Shown: positions 61,905-64,000 of the stretch, piece by piece
Numbering within the stretch: position 1 is the stretch's first letter
Layout of the letters: each line of letters starts with the position of its first letter
From: an uncultured Verrucomicrobiae bacterium
GTDB lineage: Bacteria; Verrucomicrobiota; Verrucomicrobiia; Palsa-1439
DNA length: 64,000 nt
Assembly: GCA_963812605.1 (NCBI GenBank)
Contig: CAWEWF010000001.1
Span: 288,001-352,000 of the forward strand
Direction: 5' to 3'
The notes under the pieces: model-generated
What the model was told of the DNA's origin: nothing
Databases searched by the model: none
What the model saw: only the letters and a program-made list of their open reading frames with translations
Made by a program: the position numbers and the translations under genes

Positions 61905-64000
61905 TTAAGTGGGCTGGCTTTTTCGCGCGTAGTAGCCGGCTCCGAACAGGAAACCAATAATGGATATGAGGGAAATCCATTTGCCTTTTTGATAGGCGGC
62001 GGGGAGGTATTCGAGATGGATATGATGATGACCTGCGGAGAGTGGGACGGCCTGCAAGGCGTAATTGGCCGGCAGGACCTGATATGCGGGTTGGGCGCTG
62101 CCTGCCAGCGGTTCGGCCCGCCAGCCGTTGCTGTAGGAGTCCGTGATCAAGAGGATGGCGGGGTGTGGCAAATCGGCTTCCACGGTCAATTGACCGGGAG
62201 AAGAATCAACGACACTGGCTGTCCCTTTCTCAGAAAAAAGTGTTGGCGCGGGAGTGGGTTCGGTTTCGAGGATGACTTGCTGTTGCGGGTCGAAGGTTGG
62301 GGAGGTCATTGCTTGAAATATCGCATCGCGTCCATGGATGACGCGGTATTCCTGGAGCAACTGGAGCCGGGGCATCGACGACTTCGTGGTGAGAATGCGA
62401 TCACCGTTCTTGTCGGCGAGAAAGGCGTAGCGCCAGCGTAACATGGCGTGCAGCGGATGGAACTGCGTGAAGTCCAGATATTGGTTGGCGCCCTCCGGGG
62501 GTTCGCCCTGGGTGAAGGCCATGAATTCCGCGTAACGTTTGAGCGTGGAGGGCGCGTAACCCCAGACATCTTGTTTATCCAGCCACATCGCCATATTCGG
62601 GGTGCGCTGATAGAAGATTCGATAGTCGCCCGGGTGTTTGTCGAGAAAGGCGCGCAGATTGGGGGATTCAGTGTCAGACAATTCGAAAGTCGTTCGTGTC
62701 ATTCGGGCAAAGACGAAAATTTCCGCAATGGCCATGAAGGTGAGGACGTAGACTGCCTTGCGGGAAGTCCCGGCCAGAAAGAACAGGCCGCTCACAACAA
62801 GGAATTCAACCGCCGCCACGAACAAGCCCCGCGCGGCAAGAAACCCGGCTTTCTTGATGAATGCGGCATCCGTATAGGCCGGGGCCGGTTGATAGGATTC
62901 TTGCGTGGCATAGACCGACTGCATCGCGTGTGTCCACCAGGGGGCGGCTTCAGACGAGCGTGCTGCCGACCGGATTTCCAGCGCCGCGCTTCCGACGATG
63001 AGGCCGGCGATCAAGAGACCCAGTGCCCACCATTTATTCTCTCGCGGGGTTTTCAAAAGATGATCCAGGCCGGTTCCCGCGAGCATCGCCATGAGCAAAG
63101 ACGCGGGAATGATGAACTTGGCATTGTCCCGCAAATGGTCGAAGCCCGGCAGCCACCGATAGAGAATGGGAAACAGGGGAGTATTCGAGCCGAAGGCCAG
63201 GACCAGCAGGATGATCGTGACTGGGACCAGCGTGCGGTGAACCTCGCGCCTGCCGCACACGGCGCCATAGACCGCCAGCGACAGGCCGCTGATGCCGATG
63301 AACAGGCACATCTCCCAGAGGTACCACCGTCCCCAGTAGGGCACGGTGGCCATGTTGCCGAAAAACCACGGCGACAGAATGGTGAGCAAATTCTCCGGCG
63401 TGAAAGAAACCATCGAGGCGAATTCATAGCTGACGCCGCCGCCGCGGACACTTTCGGACCCGGCTTGAAAACTGGTCAGCAGTTGGATGGCTCCCAGGGC
63501 GGCGGCCCCGACATACATGGCGAGCAGGCCCAGCAGAATTCTCGAACGCTGCCGGGTCTTGAGCAGTTGGAAGACGGTAAACAGCCCCACAGCCACGGCG
63601 GTGTAAAACCAGCCCTGCAAATCCCCGGCGAATATCTGCAGGGCGACGGCTGCCATTCCCCAGAGGATCCAACCTCGCGTGTGCGTCTGCATCCATCCCT
63701 CGATGGAGGTGAACACCACCGGCGTCCATGCCATTGCGTACAGCAGGGAGAGATGGCCGGCGTACACGTGAAGAAAGTACGCGCCCGAGAACATGAATAG
63801 CGCGCCGGACATAATGGCGGCGGCAGGATGCAGCCCGCGGCGTAGCGCCCACCAATACGTGAAGAACCCGGCGAGAAATACGTGCAGGGCGACGCCGAGG
63901 TTAATGGAGAAAGGCAAGGGCAGTACCGCATTGAGCCAGTTCGTCGGATACAGCACGCCCGCCTGGGCCCAGCCCAAAAACGGCGTCCCGCAAAACACGT
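61905..64000 (-). CDS. YfhO-like polytopic membrane protein (GT-C fold; 5' truncated by window)
   Basis: GTPFL..QAGVLYP, many TM segments, C-terminal LLITDSYSNGWRA..PANYALQAVPLSAGHH. Confidence 0.8.
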   Translation of the reverse strand, partial: VFCGTPFLGWAQAGVLYPTNWLNAVLPLPFSINLGVALHVFLAGFFTYWWALRRGLHPAAAIMSGALFMFSGAYFLHVYAGHLSLLYAMAWTPVVFTSIEGWMQTHTRGWILWGMAAVALQIFAGDLQGWFYTAVAVGLFTVFQLLKTRQRSRILLGLLAMYVGAAALGAIQLLTSFQAGSESVRGGGVSYEFASMVSFTPENLLTILSPWFFGNMATVPYWGRWYLWEMCLFIGISGLSLAVYGAVCGRREVHRTLVPVTIILLVLAFGSNTPLFPILYRWLPGFDHLRDNAKFIIPASLLMAMLAGTGLDHLLKTPRENKWWALGLLIAGLIVGSAALEIRSAARSSEAAPWWTHAMQSVYATQESYQPAPAYTDAAFIKKAGFLAARGLFVAAVEFLVVSGLFFLAGTSRKAVYVLTFMAIAEIFVFARMTRTTFELSDTESPNLRAFLDKHPGDYRIFYQRTPNMAMWLDKQDVWGYAPSTLKRYAEFMAFTQGEPPEGANQYLDFTQFHPLHAMLRWRYAFLADKNGDRILTTKSSMPRLQLLQEYRVIHGRDAIFQAMTSPTFDPQQQVILETEPTPAPTLFSEKGTASVVDSSPGQLTVEADLPHPAILLITDSYSNGWRAEPLAGSAQPAYQVLPANYALQAVPLSAGHHHIHLEYLPAAYQKGKWISLISIIGFLFGAGYYARKSQPT

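Noticed and set aside
1-64000. Widespread pseudogenisation or programmed frameshifting
   Set aside because: Breaks hit normally essential genes (asd, yidC), often fall in short homopolymers and cluster regionally; long-read consensus errors are the simpler explanation.

Overview
GC-rich bacterial chromosome segment. Gene content and style suggest Verrucomicrobiota (inference only). It looks like an error-prone long-read assembly: many genes, including normally essential ones (asd, yidC), are split by single-base indels, which are densest at about 30.6-36.3 kb and 55.0-55.5 kb. Housekeeping and accessory content: SNF2 helicase end, ABC-F, vapBC, prfC, LemA-TPM-TPM, a 1443-aa secreted propeller/PKD protein, pqqBCDE, a pectin-type CAZyme cluster, rluA/yhbY/rsmH, TetR-RND efflux, rpmH-rnpA-yidD-yidC-jag, a P1B ATPase, two-component genes, asd, leuB and GT-C-type membrane proteins. 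Most interesting: (1) an AT-richer ~3 kb island (6.8-9.9 kb) of two convergent operons, FRG-domain protein + unknown TIM-barrel-like protein facing RHH regulator + PD-(D/E)XK-like nuclease, a candidate undescribed defence/conflict system; (2) a 31-aa pqqA missed by the ORF track, antisense and convergent to pqqE, with its own near-consensus sigma70 promoter; (3) a dispersed non-coding element in two copies (10.2-10.5 kb and 59.0-59.2 kb) sharing a palindrome, a promoter, a 28-bp identical core and inverted arms at identical spacing; (4) a small wHTH regulon defined by two CTTTG-N5-CAAAG palindromes; (5) an unannotated DUF4160/DUF2442-like toxin-antitoxin pair. No rRNA, tRNA, CRISPR array, integrase or transposase was recognised.
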